Made by a program: the position numbers and the translations under genes. A stretch of 63,784 nt of DNA, filler included, from Bigelowiella natans CCMP2755 (taxonomy: Eukaryota; Protista; Cercozoa), in the NCBI GenBank assembly GCA_000320545.1. It is 3 parts of 3 records of this genome, joined end to end, with 100 filler letters (N's around TTAATTAATTAA, not from the genome) between each part and the next. Parts side by side here need not be neighbours in the genome. Positions count along the whole stretch, not along the records: positions 27,834 to 43,852 come from ADNK01001673.1; positions 43,953 to 63,784 come from ADNK01000751.1; 1 more part is not named here. One strand, written 5' to 3'. This document shows positions 42,342-55,112 of the stretch, in pieces (within the stretch, counting starts at the first letter, position 1; the number at the start of each line of letters is the position of its first letter). The notes beneath the pieces were generated by a model. That model ran no database searches. It was not told the DNA's origin and worked only from the letters and a program-made list of their open reading frames with translations.

Positions 42342-43812
42342 CACGACAACGGACAACTTCTCCTTGGGAGAATTAATTCCCACTCTAAACTTCCTAACAA
42401 TATACAGGCACGTTCAAACCGGGCGATATGTTGCAAAGCAGCAGCGGAAGAACCCAGGCTCCTCTAAGAACCAAAAGCAAAGGGCAAGCGAAACTCATCT
42501 CACATATGCGTATATACCAGAATAACACGATACATGCGTGCACACGAGCACAAATCTGACAGCATGAGCATGCAAAACCTGTCCGCATGGAGAATCCAGG
42601 AGTCATCAGCAGTTTCGCTTCGTTCTGATGGTTAAAAAGCCATGTAATACAGCCTAAAGACTAGCAAAGCAAAATAAGCCAACACATCGGCAACACACAA
42701 AAACAACCTGAAGCGCTGAGTACAGCTCGAGTTCGGCCTGGCAGTATCACCATTCATTCCAAGCAAACAGAGTATCACTATGACTCCGATTTGAGGAGAG
42801 AGAACAGAGCATGGTTTTTGGGCGAGATAATAGCCGTAGACGTGTTTGGTGTTTGCTGGGAGATGTGAGTAGAGATGTGGGATAGATGGGCGATGATAGT
42901 GATGATGATAATGATAGGAACGGTCAGATGGATGCTGGTGATACAATAGGCGAACAACCTCCCATGTGTCACTTTTCATCCATTTCCGCATATCGATCCT
43001 GTAAAATCACAGCAAGATATACATCAGCATCATCATGGTAAACCATCGTCATATGAGCAAACACACACACACACACACACATTGATACAAATACGTTAGT
43101 GTATGTCTGTGCGTACCCGCGCGCACGTGTGTGTATGGGCCATATATATATATATATATATATTATATACGCCGAGTCTTCTAAAGATATCTCTTTTGAT
43201 CACGGTACTTACCAACAGAATAATCCTGCCTCTGCTGGCAACACCTTGAGCCCTTTATGAAGAGAGAATGGAAATCACATGGCAAGCTCTTTTACACGTT
43301 CGTCTTCAGTCTACGCTACACGCTACGATGTGCTGCCTTCATACGACTAATTACTCACCATGAGCTTCAAAGGCGTTCTTGACCTCTTTATATCTGCATT
43401 GTCCCAAAAAACCGTGAACAAATCCGTGTTTTTGAGATCGCGCGCACACACCACAGTCAGAATCGTATTCATCATAATTTAAAACTCTTTTTCATACGTC
43501 TTGGTTTTTACCTGCTATGTAGCCGCGAGTTTGATTCGTCCAGAAACGTCTTTACCCACTCCTACATAAAACCGTCATCATCGTTAAGGGCCATGGCTGC
43601 ATGTAAAGCTGCGACCCTCGAAGTGCACTATAAACTATGCGAAAAATGGTGAAGAATAGGATGTTCCATGACTCATATTATCTGAATAGTGGCTTTTCGT
43701 TGTGGTTGTGTCCTCAGAGATATGAGGGGGGGGGGGGGGAAGCGCGAGATGTAGCATTTGTATTGAAGTAACACCCACCTTATCCTTTAACACCTTAGTG
43801 AGAGCGTACTGA
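42169..43812 (-). CDS. ACC-synthase-like class I/II PLP aminotransferase, 3' part (5' part lost in gap)
   Basis: Spliced: YALTKVLKDK|EWVKTFLDESNSRLHSR|YKEVKNAFEAH|GLKVLPAEAGLFCW|IDMRKWMKSDTWE|AELELYSALQ|NEAKLLMTPGFSMRT|EEPGFFRCCFATYRP|AFDEALARIEAF. This matches the ACS C-terminal motifs AGLFCW.D.R and EPGWFR.CFA. Confidence 0.85.
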
Positions 43813-43852
43813 GAAAGGATATGGGTGTTAGCTTAGATCTCTCTCTCTCTAT

Positions 43853-43952
43853 NNNNNNNNNNNNNNNNNNNNNNNNNNNNNNNNNNNNNNNNNNNNTTAA
43901 TTAATTAANNNNNNNNNNNNNNNNNNNNNNNNNNNNNNNNNNNNNNNNNNNN
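43853..43952. other. Scaffold gap with artificial TTAATTAATTAA linker
   Basis: N44-TTAATTAATTAA-N44. Confidence 0.97.
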
Positions 43953-44286
43953 GGGGGGGGGGAGTTAGTAGTAATATGCGGTATTATTATGTTCAATGAT
44001 GTTCGGTGGTATATTTTGAACATAATGATGCAAATGATGATGATAAGGAAGACAATAAATGTTGCAGCGTTAGTTACTTTTTTGATAGTATGTATTTTTG
44101 TTCGTTATATAACATATATTTGATTTTCATAAAATAATCTCAATTGTTAGTTTACATTCATGCTAGCAATGAATGATCAACACTCATTTGCGTTGGAATT
44201 CATCACCAGATTCTTTTGCTTGCACACACTCAAACACACAAACACACACATTTATATGTGTGTATATTATAATAATTATATTTGAA

Positions 44287-44323
<37 letters not shown>

Positions 44324-45447
44324 TTGTTTCAAGTTAAGGTGCGAAATTACATTTGATGTAGTCTAACTTATTTTGAATTGAATTGTCTTGATTGCACAAC
44401 GTTCCTATCAGCCGTTCATGTTCACAGTACTCCAGACGTATTTCTCAACCGATGATGATTTAAGCAACGAAGGTATAGATCATTATTGGCAATATCATAC
44501 ATTATATATGTTTTATCATCTAACGGAGTAAAAAAGTGTCGCAATTTTTATTAGCATTCTACCAAAGAGAAACCTTAGATCGTATATTCGCATATTTTGT
44601 CCATTTGAGGCAGCTGTAACATATTATTCCACATTTAATGGCGACGCAGCAGCAGGAGGGTCATCATCAGCTAGTGGTGGAAGAGGAGGAGAAGGAAGAA
44701 GGGGAGCACAAACTCTGTTGTGGTACCAGGTAGTAAGGATAATAAATAGTAGAAACATATTTATGATCTTACAAATGTTCCAAAATCTCTTATTCCTACT
44801 CCTCATATCCGATGAGCAGGATTATCCAGTAGAGCCCGCATGCTGTTCCATTTCCTAAGCTAGTCTAGTAGCAGTACTGGGATTATTGCGATTAAAGCAT
44901 GAGGCATTTGTTTGCTGCTCCGACTACATGGAGAACATCCTTCTTTCATCACGACATTTAATTAATTTTCAGAACAAGTTTAGTACTAATTGTTCGGGAT
45001 GTGCATAACTTTGTCATAGTTGGCCATGCTAGCATGCATCATTGTTGCAAATGCAATTGACAAACAAAAGAACCAAAAGGCAAACTGCAAAGTTAAAAGA
45101 AGTGACACCATGATTTGCATGGAGCGCGCATTGCAGGATCCAGAGACACATCTAGACATGCTAGAGATGCATTCTTATTGTGCAAACAAAAGTCACTGAT
45201 CGCATTGATTCATTCATCTCTTTACATGATAAGCATGCAACATGCCATTTCTAGCATTTATCATTGAATGTGCATGCTTCCTGTGTCTCTAGATCTAGAT
45301 GTGCCTAGCTGTGTACATGTTGTAGAACCCTTGGCAATCCTCAGTGACAACAGATACAATGTTTTAGATATTGTATTAGTTGTCGTTACGATCATACATT
45401 TGATCACATGACAATGCTCTAGTACTTCATGATCACGATGTGTCATT

Positions 45448-46123
45448 TTATTTTTTTATCTCAGACTTCTTCAAAGGTGGGAGATTATAGAGAGGCAGTG
45501 CTTGGCGATGCATGTTGTTGTCCGAATCTGCCGCTGATGTGACGTCAGGAATAAAATCTTCCAAGCGATCTTTTGCAGGTTCATACCCGCTAGTAGCGGA
45601 TCTAGAATACAAATCTGCAGCCCTACTGGGATCTTTTTCGATAACTCCTAATCCTTGCTGATAACATCCTGCTAAGTTGAATTCCGCAATCTAGCAGAAT
45701 TGATGTCAAATTTTAAATTAGGTGCTACCTTATTTTCACTTTTGAATATGTATGGATGTTCCATCGGTTATTCAATACTCAATTGTCATTTCCACTACAA
45801 CTATCATTAATCATCATCATCATTATTATCGCTTTACTGGGTTTCCTTGCGCTGATGCTTTCCGCCATAATTCCACGGCTTCATTGTAGTTTTGATCGAA
45901 CCCTGAGAGCATTGATCCTTTTGCGTAAAATATTCCAATCTGCGTTTGCGCATGTTGATTACCTAAGGAAGAGAAGGAGGAGGAGGAGGAAGAAAAGGAG
46001 AATCAATCTTTTTCGAGGGTACGTAAAAACCTGATTGAGCCATAATTAGTGCTATACCTACACTTTTCATTAAAGAAAATTTGCCTACTGAAGGAATGGT
46101 TAAATAATTCCTATTATCATCAG

Positions 46124-46155
<32 letters not shown>

Positions 46156-47900
46156 CTATTATTCAAATATGCACCATCACTATTATTCAACTATGCATTT
46201 CGGATGTAGTTTTATTACCCAGCGACGAAGATGCTTTATACCAGTAAGCGGCCAATTTTTCATCATTTGACACACCAATCCCACGCCAGTAGCATCTTGC
46301 TAAACTAAACATTGCTAAACTACATCTACGGCTACTATTATCTTTTTTAGAGCAGTACCCTTCTTCCCCTCCCTCTTTATCTGATATCTTTTGAAAATTA
46401 GCACTGGCGGCATTGAAACATTCAAATGCCCTTTTCTCATTTTTCTCTGTCCCCAATCCTTTCAGATAGCAGAACCCTAATCGAACTTGCGTGATGCCGT
46501 TACAAAGGTCTCCTTGCTTAACGGATTTTTCGTATAGTTTGAAGGCTTTTTTCAAGTCTCTCTTTACTCCAATACCATGTTGGTAGCAGCTAATCGACAA
46601 AAAGTCATATCAATAGAAAATCAGCCAAGAATTATGAAAAAAATCTCTGTCTTTTGGGAAGTTTGATTGGCACTCCTCCTCCTACCTTCATGAGCTATCA
46701 CCTCACCTACAAACTTTGTTATTATCAATCCTACCAGCCTAATGCAGTTACTAACTGTATCTTTATCAATTCTACCAGCCTAATGCAGCTTGTCCTAATG
46801 GATCTTCCTGCTCCGAACTATCAAAATAATGCTTTGCTGCTTTCTGTGGTTGTCTGAGAACTCCTAGGCCCTTCTCATAGCAGTAACCTAAACTGCATTG
46901 TGCCCAGCTGTCTCCCTGTACGGAAATAGTCAGATTCAATAGAAGCCAATGATGAAAATAGATGCCAATTAACTATAGACTATTATACCTCGGCTATCCT
47001 TGTCATCTCTAATCATCATCACAGCTATTATGTGCAACCTCTCCTCCTCCTCCTCCTCCTCCTCCTCCTCCTCCATCTCCCTTCCCTGAACTTACCCCTA
47101 TGTAAATTTAGCCTACCTCTATTGCCGCTCTTTGATAACATTCGACTGCTTTTTTGTAATCTTGATCTAACCCTCCAATGCCACTAAATAAACAGTGGCC
47201 CTTTGCAACGATGCTGCCCTCACTCATTGAGGTAATGATAGCATGTTCATCTGGATTAATAATACGATTAATGAACGAAAGATAGTCCTTATGCATTACA
47301 GAGAATAATGTTGAGGAGGATGATCATACTAAACGATGATGGATTTATACGAGTGTACAATAGGGAAGTGACATTGTGATGTTGCATGATCAACGTCATT
47401 TTGATTATTTTTTTATTCTCCACTAAACAGGGTTTGAATCATTATGACCGTTTCCCCTGTCGATGAGCAGAGTTGTTTGGTTGGTGGCGAGGCTGTCGGT
47501 CATTGCATAGTCGAAGATATCCGGACAATGGAGTTCAGTATCATCGCCTACCATCAAGGTGCTGCCATTTCGGTAAAATATGACTGCTCCTCTCGAAACA
47601 CAATGCTGCCCCATTACACCAGCAAGTCGTAAAGATTTTGTCCTTCTTCTGACATCGACGGGTACCCTGCTGCTGCTGCACCTTTCATCGTCATCATCAT
47701 CACCATGTACGTTGTAGTTAGTTACAACCACTACATTTACTCAGAGTACGTACCGGTAGATCAGCAAGGTAGTGCTCGATCGCAAACCGATGATGATTAT
47801 TATGCCATTTTATTGGTACGACATAGAAATAGACACGCTAGATCCTTATTAATCTATAGGAAGTTGTTTTCCCTAATAAATCAGGTCATCCACAGCTTTA
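45448..47900 (-). CDS. Sel1-like repeat protein (5' end unresolved)
   Basis: QDYKKAVECYQRAA, AQCSLGYCYEKGLGV, CYQHGIGVKRDLKKAFKLYEKS, RLGFCYLKGLGTEKNEKRAFECF, AMFSLARCYWRGIGV, AEFNLAGCYQQGLGV. Confidence 0.88.
46008..46091 (-). pseudogene. Intronic fragment resembling MutS7-type ATPase Walker A region
   Basis: Translates to SVGKFSLMKSVGIALIMAQSGFYVPSKK, compared with the MutS domain V pattern GKS.L.K.VG...IMAQ.G.YVP. It lies between two Sel1 exons. Confidence 0.7.
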
Positions 47901-48258
47901 TGATGTACGCTTATTATTATTAAGCCCGAGGAGAAAAAGGGACTACTTCTGTCGACAAACTTTATTTAGCTGTAATTTCAACCAAACCCAGGCATTTTTT
48001 TGTTAAAAAAGACCTTTTACGTACAGAATCTTCTAACCCTGAAATCCTTTAGAAACTTTGCGCAAAGAAAATCCCCTTCTCTTTTCCGAAAGGAAGAAGT
48101 ACGCAACCACAAACTTCAGAATGAGATATGTTTCCATGAGATTACATGTTACGACAACAAAATCTCCTGAAGTATCTGAGATAATGCCCTAGATTTTTCA
48201 TCAAAGGACAATCGAAAATGATTCTCAATGGCATGAAATTATTTTTCGGCGTTCGGCT

Positions 48259-51200
48259 ATGGTTGCCACCGTCGCCCCTCTCGTCCCGCTTATTCTCGTC
48301 TTTCTGTCTATACCGTGCTATTCAAGGGTTTCGAGAGTTAATATCATGTTTATTGACGCTCACAAGAATCCTACTGATCCTACATTTCCTGTCAAGGAAG
48401 GCGTTGTAAATTCAAAGTCAACAAAATTACTCAATCTAAGATTAAACTTTGCACACATTGTCCAACATATTTATGTGTAAGTAAATTAAATTTGTCAGTT
48501 GGGATGTTTTCCCACCTTATATCGAATGGCCGGAAGTCATAGAGGTATTTCTAGAAGTTAGATGACCATAACTACAACATGGACATGGATGCAATACAAC
48601 ACGATTTAACAGAAATTTGTGTTTTGGATTTGTTGTTTATACGTTCTTCCTTCTACTTCTTCCACCCGCCAACAAACCCCCTTCAATATTACAAGATTCG
48701 CCTTTCCTATACAAGACGTGGTTCCTACTCAGATGAGGTAGTCCGTCCGTCCACCAGCACCTTGTACTATGACAACAAAAGAAACAAAAGATAATCGTAG
48801 CATCAAATTATCAATCATAGTATCAATTTATCAATAGGTAGTATATGTTGCAACAAGAGTATTGTAGCAGTAGTTGCTGAAATAAGGGACACTATATATG
48901 TTAGTATGTGGATGGAGTACGTTTCTCTGCCAGATTTAGAAGTAAGACTAAGGATATCTTCAGGATTATATCATAAATGAAAAACTCACAGATCGACAAC
49001 AGAAGCATAATTATTGATGAAAAATTATATCTACGGATTGTGAGGAAGATGTAGAAAGAGAACGAATCTTAAAAGGAGGTTTAGGAAGGGTTAGATGATA
49101 CCTAAGGGGGGCCTAAGGGTAGCAGTACCAACAATATATTTTATCAAATCTGCCTAATCCCCCTTTTCTCGTTCACCATTTTTACATCTAATTAATCACT
49201 TACATCAACATCGTCAACATCGTCATTATCAGCTAATGATAGCGGCATAGCAACCGGTTCTATCAGCACTAAGAGTCAAAATTTTGGCTACCTAACATGG
49301 GACACATACAATACTGGGTAGTAATATTTATCAATAATAATAATAATTATAACAGTAACAACAGTTGTGAATGTGAATGTGATGATGATGAAATGATGAA
49401 TTGTTTTTGTCAATGTAGCACTTTGGCTTGGTGATTGTTTCTACTAGCAATTGGTGATGTATTTTTATTATACTTAGCAGCAGTACCTTCCTTCCAATAT
49501 CTCTACATCATCATCACGATCATCATCATTACTGTATTTTCCCTTGCTTTTACTCTCCCTACATCATTATCATTATCGTCATTAAAAGTCACTTAACAAT
49601 GAAATGCGGTGCTAAGGCAGGTAAGACGAACAAACGTCAACATGTACGAACTAATCATCGTGTTTAAAAACTCACACACGAACAAACGTCAACATGTACG
49701 AACTAATCATCGTGTTTAAAAACTCACACACGAACAAACGTCAACATGTACGAACTAATCATCGTGTTTAAAAACTCACACACGAACAAACGTCAACATG
49801 TACGAACTAATCATCGTGTTTAAAAACTCACACACGAACAAACGTCAACATGTACGAACTAATCATCGTGTTTAAAAACTCACACATTTGTCAATCATAT
49901 GTCCGCTATGAATGTAACGATGATTTTCCACAAATAAGTTGAAGATACATCATCCCATTGACTTTTCCTTCTTCTTCTTCTTCTTCTTCTTCTTCTTCTT
50001 CTGCTGCTGCTGCTACTGCTGCTGCTGCTGTCTCGTCGTCGTCATCGTCGTCATCGTCGTATATTATAAATGTGTGCAGGAATAGCCCTCATCAGTCTCC
50101 GTGTTGACATTAAAGGATCAGATCCGTTATTAATGTATGTTGCAATAGTAGTAGAGTTTATGTATTTTTAAAAATAGAGATAATGTCTCTTCTTCTTCGG
50201 TGATGCACGAAATGGATAGGCATTAGAAGGAACATTATCCGACTAAAAAAATTAAAAAAGTTAATGAATTAGTCTTGTTGATGAATAATACAAAGTGATA
50301 CGCAGCTGTGATCTTGTGCTACTCAGTACGAAGTACTACTAGTCTGTTGATTCTGTGTTGCTGTCAATAAAATTCAACGTAGTCCATTGTTGTGTTCCTT
50401 ACAAACATCGTCATATTTATTAGATATGGCACAAGAACCTGCTCAGAATCTAGGCATTCTCCTCCCATTGAAGTGTTTCTCGAAACCACTACTCCTGCTG
50501 TTGACGATGATGACGCTCACTGCAAATCAAATAACAAAGAGAGATACCGAAAAAGCAGTAGCAGCAGCAGATCGTGGCCAAGAGGCATTATTGCATCACC
50601 ATCATCGTCGTCATCTTCTTCATCAGAATCATCATCATCATCATCATCATTTAAAGTGGCAGCTCCTATTCGTCGTAGTCGTGTGACGGATGAAGCAGGA
50701 ATTACATTAGATCCTTTTATTCCGACTGATATCAGACCAGGTATATTGTTGTTGTTGTAATGGTGAAACAATTACTACAACTACTACTACTACTACTACT
50801 ATTACTTCTGTGATACTACGACAGTAATGAGTAGTAGTGAGTAGTAGTGGTAGTGGTAGTAGTAGTAGGGTTAGATGATATTGGGTGTGATGATAGTGAC
50901 AACTCATCTGAGGATATGTGCTTATGAAAGGTGAAATCAACTGTCTCGAGAGGATGCAGCTAGATCTGATACATCAAAGCACCCGTAACCATAGTAACAA
51001 TATAATAACAGGAAGATCATGATGTGCCAACATCAAATTATTATCTACCCACAAATCATGCAGCAGCAGCATTTAAGTACTACTAACTGTTTGAAAGTAA
51101 GAAGCTTCGTATTGTTGGATTCGGCTGCTAAGATTAGTATTTCCAAAGAAACGTGCATTGAAGGGTGGGGTGGCTATGACCGCTACGGTGTTATTCTGTC

Positions 51201-51313
51201 GTTGTCATAATACTGTTCAATCTCCAGCCCCCTTTGAATAGCCTTGACACATGATCATCCTCCCTTCCTACAACAGGAATAATAGATATATTCAGTGTAC
51301 GCTCTACGGATCA

Positions 51314-51351
<38 letters not shown>

Positions 51352-51709
51352 ACAGTCATCATCATTCCAACCTTCGTTGCCATTTATTTTCATTTTTAAA
51401 TTGTTTGCTAATCTGCTTATGAATATTACCAGAGGTTATATAGTGGTAGTAGTAGTAGGAGTAGTAGTAGTAATAGTAGCTAGTACATGGTAGTGGAACA
51501 AGTAGGTGGCAGTCATTAGTAATAGTAGTAGTAGTAGTAGTAGTAGTAGAAGTAGTAGATCTTCTTGTTAAAAGGTTCATTATAGTAAGAAGTGGATGAT
51601 AGTGGTGGTAGTACAATAGCTAGTGCTATTCAAGGTTGTTGCTACTACCTAGGAGAGACTGAAGAAAAAGTAGTAGTAGCGAGACCCATAATTATTGAAT
51701 AGAACTAAA

Positions 51710-51744
<35 letters not shown>

Positions 51745-53018
51745 ACCCATTACTACTTCTAACCTGTCGCTTATTATTTGAGGGGTCCATGGGATTGATG
51801 TCCAAGTTTTCTATGATCCATCTGTGATATATTCGAACGTTACTTTAAGTCAAGATGTCGCTACTCCAGCTTATCCTCCAGGTTGAAGGAAATTTTGAAT
51901 GGTTCAGTTTCCATTGCTATTAAACGCAACAATAATCTGAGTCATTGATGATGAATGGTGCAGTTTCCATTGCTATTTAAACGCAACAATAATCTAAGTC
52001 ATTGATGATAACCGAGTCATTGATGATGGAAGTATACCAGCTGCTAACTCATTATTCTTCCCTACTTTCTCCTTTTCCTCTTCTTTTCACTCAAAGAAAC
52101 GTCGCTGCACGTAAACTGCGAGTGCTTGGTAAATAGCGGGCATGAATCATCGGTATTATTAGAAAGTATCTAGCCTGCAACCGCCAAATGTCTCACTGGA
52201 ATCATCAGCACCTCTTCCCATCTTTCCTCTCCTCTATTTCTCGAATACAATCATCATCATTATCATTATCATCAAAATGACATTATTTATTACATCTGTC
52301 AAGAAACCATAGTAATTTCATTGATGTTGATGTTTATATGCTTCTACTGTTTACTTGATACTGCTGCTGACAGATATCCACTTCGCTTTTCATAGTCTTA
52401 AAAACTGCCAGCACAGAGGAAAGCGTGGTCATACTTGTAATGTAGTTTAAGGGTAGTGTAGGATCGTGAGAAGAGAAGATACCCAATAGCAAGCACAACT
52501 CAGGAGAATATTATTGAGTTTTTTAACTAGTCTTCAGTTGAGAGATTCTTGTTGTTCTTTTCTCCTCCTCCTTCTCTTCCTTTGCCTTCTTCTGTTCCCC
52601 TTATACTTTCTCAATCCTCACCTTTCTCCTCTATATTTTACAATAACTAAAAATGTTTTTTAACAGGTTTGGGGATGGATGAAACGTTGCAGCAGCAATA
52701 TGCTTAGAACTCATGGGAAAGAGGGAGTTTTCAGGAAAACTAGTGTTGACATTAGCTCATCATCATCGTTATCTTTGGGAAACATAATGACCTACACCAG
52801 TAAAAGCAGCACACTGTCCGATATAACGAATACTAACGGACGGGAGAGTAGTAGTCATCGTCACCGTCATCATCATCCTCACTTTGGCTCTGAAAAATAT
52901 TTCGAAGATCTTGTTGTGTACTATGATAATGGTAATATCAATATCACGATTACAATGCCATATGTTCAAAAAATTCACTTATTCGGCTTCTGTTATTATA
53001 TGTTTGACACTAATCCAT

Positions 53019-53057
<39 letters not shown>

Positions 53058-53121
53058 TACATGTACATATGTTTTACAACCTAATGTAAGTAATTTATGC
53101 ATATAAATACACATAATAAGT

Positions 53122-53164
<43 letters not shown>

Positions 53165-55112
53165 CTGTTATTTACTATTTTAGGGAGAAACAATCCATAC
53201 TCTTTACTATATACTTTACATATACCAGTTTTAAAAAAGAGTGATTAATCAATTGAAAAACCCTGTCAAATATCGTTTTGGTTGATATTATACCGTTTTA
53301 TTCATCAAACAGGAAATGCAGCAAAGCCATCTCTGATTAATGGTGATTATTTTCATATATCATTTATTGTCACCGTCATCATCATTAGCACCCATGTCAG
53401 TCAGATTCCTTGTAGTTTTTACATGATAATTTTACATATTGCACTCTTGTTAACCCATAATAGGTTTCCTGGCCATATTTTGTTTGTCTGCCGGTTTTTT
53501 TGTAGTTGGCATGACGTTAAAAATCGCGCATAGAGAATGGCAACATGTAATTATGGTAATTTAAGAAGGAAGTGGCAATTAGTTCCTACCATCTCAAATT
53601 GTTTCATGAAATCATCATGTTGACCTTATCACTGTTGTATGTTGCTATCATTGTCATCGCCTTCATAACTATGGTAAGGTGGGAAGAATTAGAATGTGAT
53701 CACATTGCTTTAATTTGACACTTGATGATTTATCGTTCATAGATTACTTCTCAATTATTAATTTCACTAAACAGGGTACTATGAACAAATTAAGGGATCT
53801 ATTAAGTTTCAGAGTAAGACTTCGTTACATATCACCATCACCATCATTTGCAGTAACAACTTTAAACTCCGTTGAATACTTATGAAAGGGAAAAAGTCAG
53901 GGCTGCCACAGCTATCGTCAGGATGATGAATACCGTTATTACTATCATCACCAACATCATCATCAAAGCAAGTTCTATCATCATCTAAAGTGAGTAATCT
54001 AAATCATATTTATGTATTCAGCATCATCATCATCATTATCATCATCCATCTGCATACATCACTCGCCAAATGATAACAGTTAGAATAATAAATTTGTTTA
54101 TTTTCTGTTGAGTCATTGACCATTAGAGTGACAGCACGTCCGATTTTTAATCATTTGCGAAATAAAGATGAAATTGATAATACTAAGTCATAATGAACTA
54201 TGATAGAAGATGATGATTAGATATAACAACCAAATTTTCGAAAAAGGGAAAAAGAGATGGAGACGAGACTGAATAATTAAAATAAAATGATTTTATTGAC
54301 ACTCTTACTGGAATTCGCAGCTTTAATTGTGTCCCGATCATTCGATATTCTGTATCTTCCACACTTCTGAGTCAATTTCTTATCAACAAAATTCGCAACA
54401 AAATCTCATTAAAAACCATCATTTGTGTCTGCAGCATGAATATCATCTTATGTTCTTCGTCGTCACTATGATTATCATTATCATTACAATTTATTAAATA
54501 CGTTCCCCACCTCCTTCCTTAATGTTGCCGTTGTCAAGGTCATCGTTGCCTTCATCAGGTGTTTTTAATACCATTGCCATTGTTGTAGTTATAGCAAGAA
54601 GAAGAGGAAGAAGAAGAAGAAGGGATGGGGGTGCGGAAAGGGGAAGGTAAGGAAGGGAGGTAACGTGGGTTTGCAAATATTCTAACCATTACTGATTTAA
54701 CCAGTAGTATGTCTAGCTTCTATGTTTATCATCCATCGATACAGCTTCTATTCAAAGTTCATCGTCATTACAACACCTTTTCTCCTTTGTCCGTTGTGTG
54801 CTATCATTGCTCAAGATGAGCAGGGTCAATAGTGTGTAATTCTGGTTGATAAAATGACATTTTACGCCTTCTCTTTCAATACTACAAGCCATGATGCATT
54901 CATGATTTTATTCAAATAGGTAAACTTCCATCAATTGACACAAAATCAATCTTCAATAAGCCTTCAAAAAGAAGTTTGAGAAAGGGTAGAATGGAGTACA
55001 TCAATTTTCTAATGTTCACGTTCTTTATTCATGTGCGCCACGCAGGAAAAATTGACTTAGTGATCATTGTGATTTGCACTCCACAGACTTCTCGAGTTTT
55101 GGAAGACCTGTG
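48259..55112 (+). CDS. Multi-exon hypothetical secreted/membrane protein
   Basis: Signal-like MVATVAPLVPLILVFLSIPC. Scattered AG/GT-bounded exons (IALISLRVDIKGSDPLL, GVHGIDVQVFYDPSVIYSNVTLSQDV, TM-like FLAIFCLSAGFFVVGMTL). Putative end TSRVLEDL*. The model is incomplete. Confidence 0.45.
49626..49885 (+). repeat. Minisatellite, 5 identical 52-bp units
   Basis: Unit acgaacaaacgtcaacatgtacgaactaatcatcgtgtttaaaaactcacac. Confidence 0.95.

Noticed and set aside
49626-49885. Possible CRISPR-like array
   Set aside because: Units are identical head-to-tail with no unique spacers, and the context is a eukaryotic intron.
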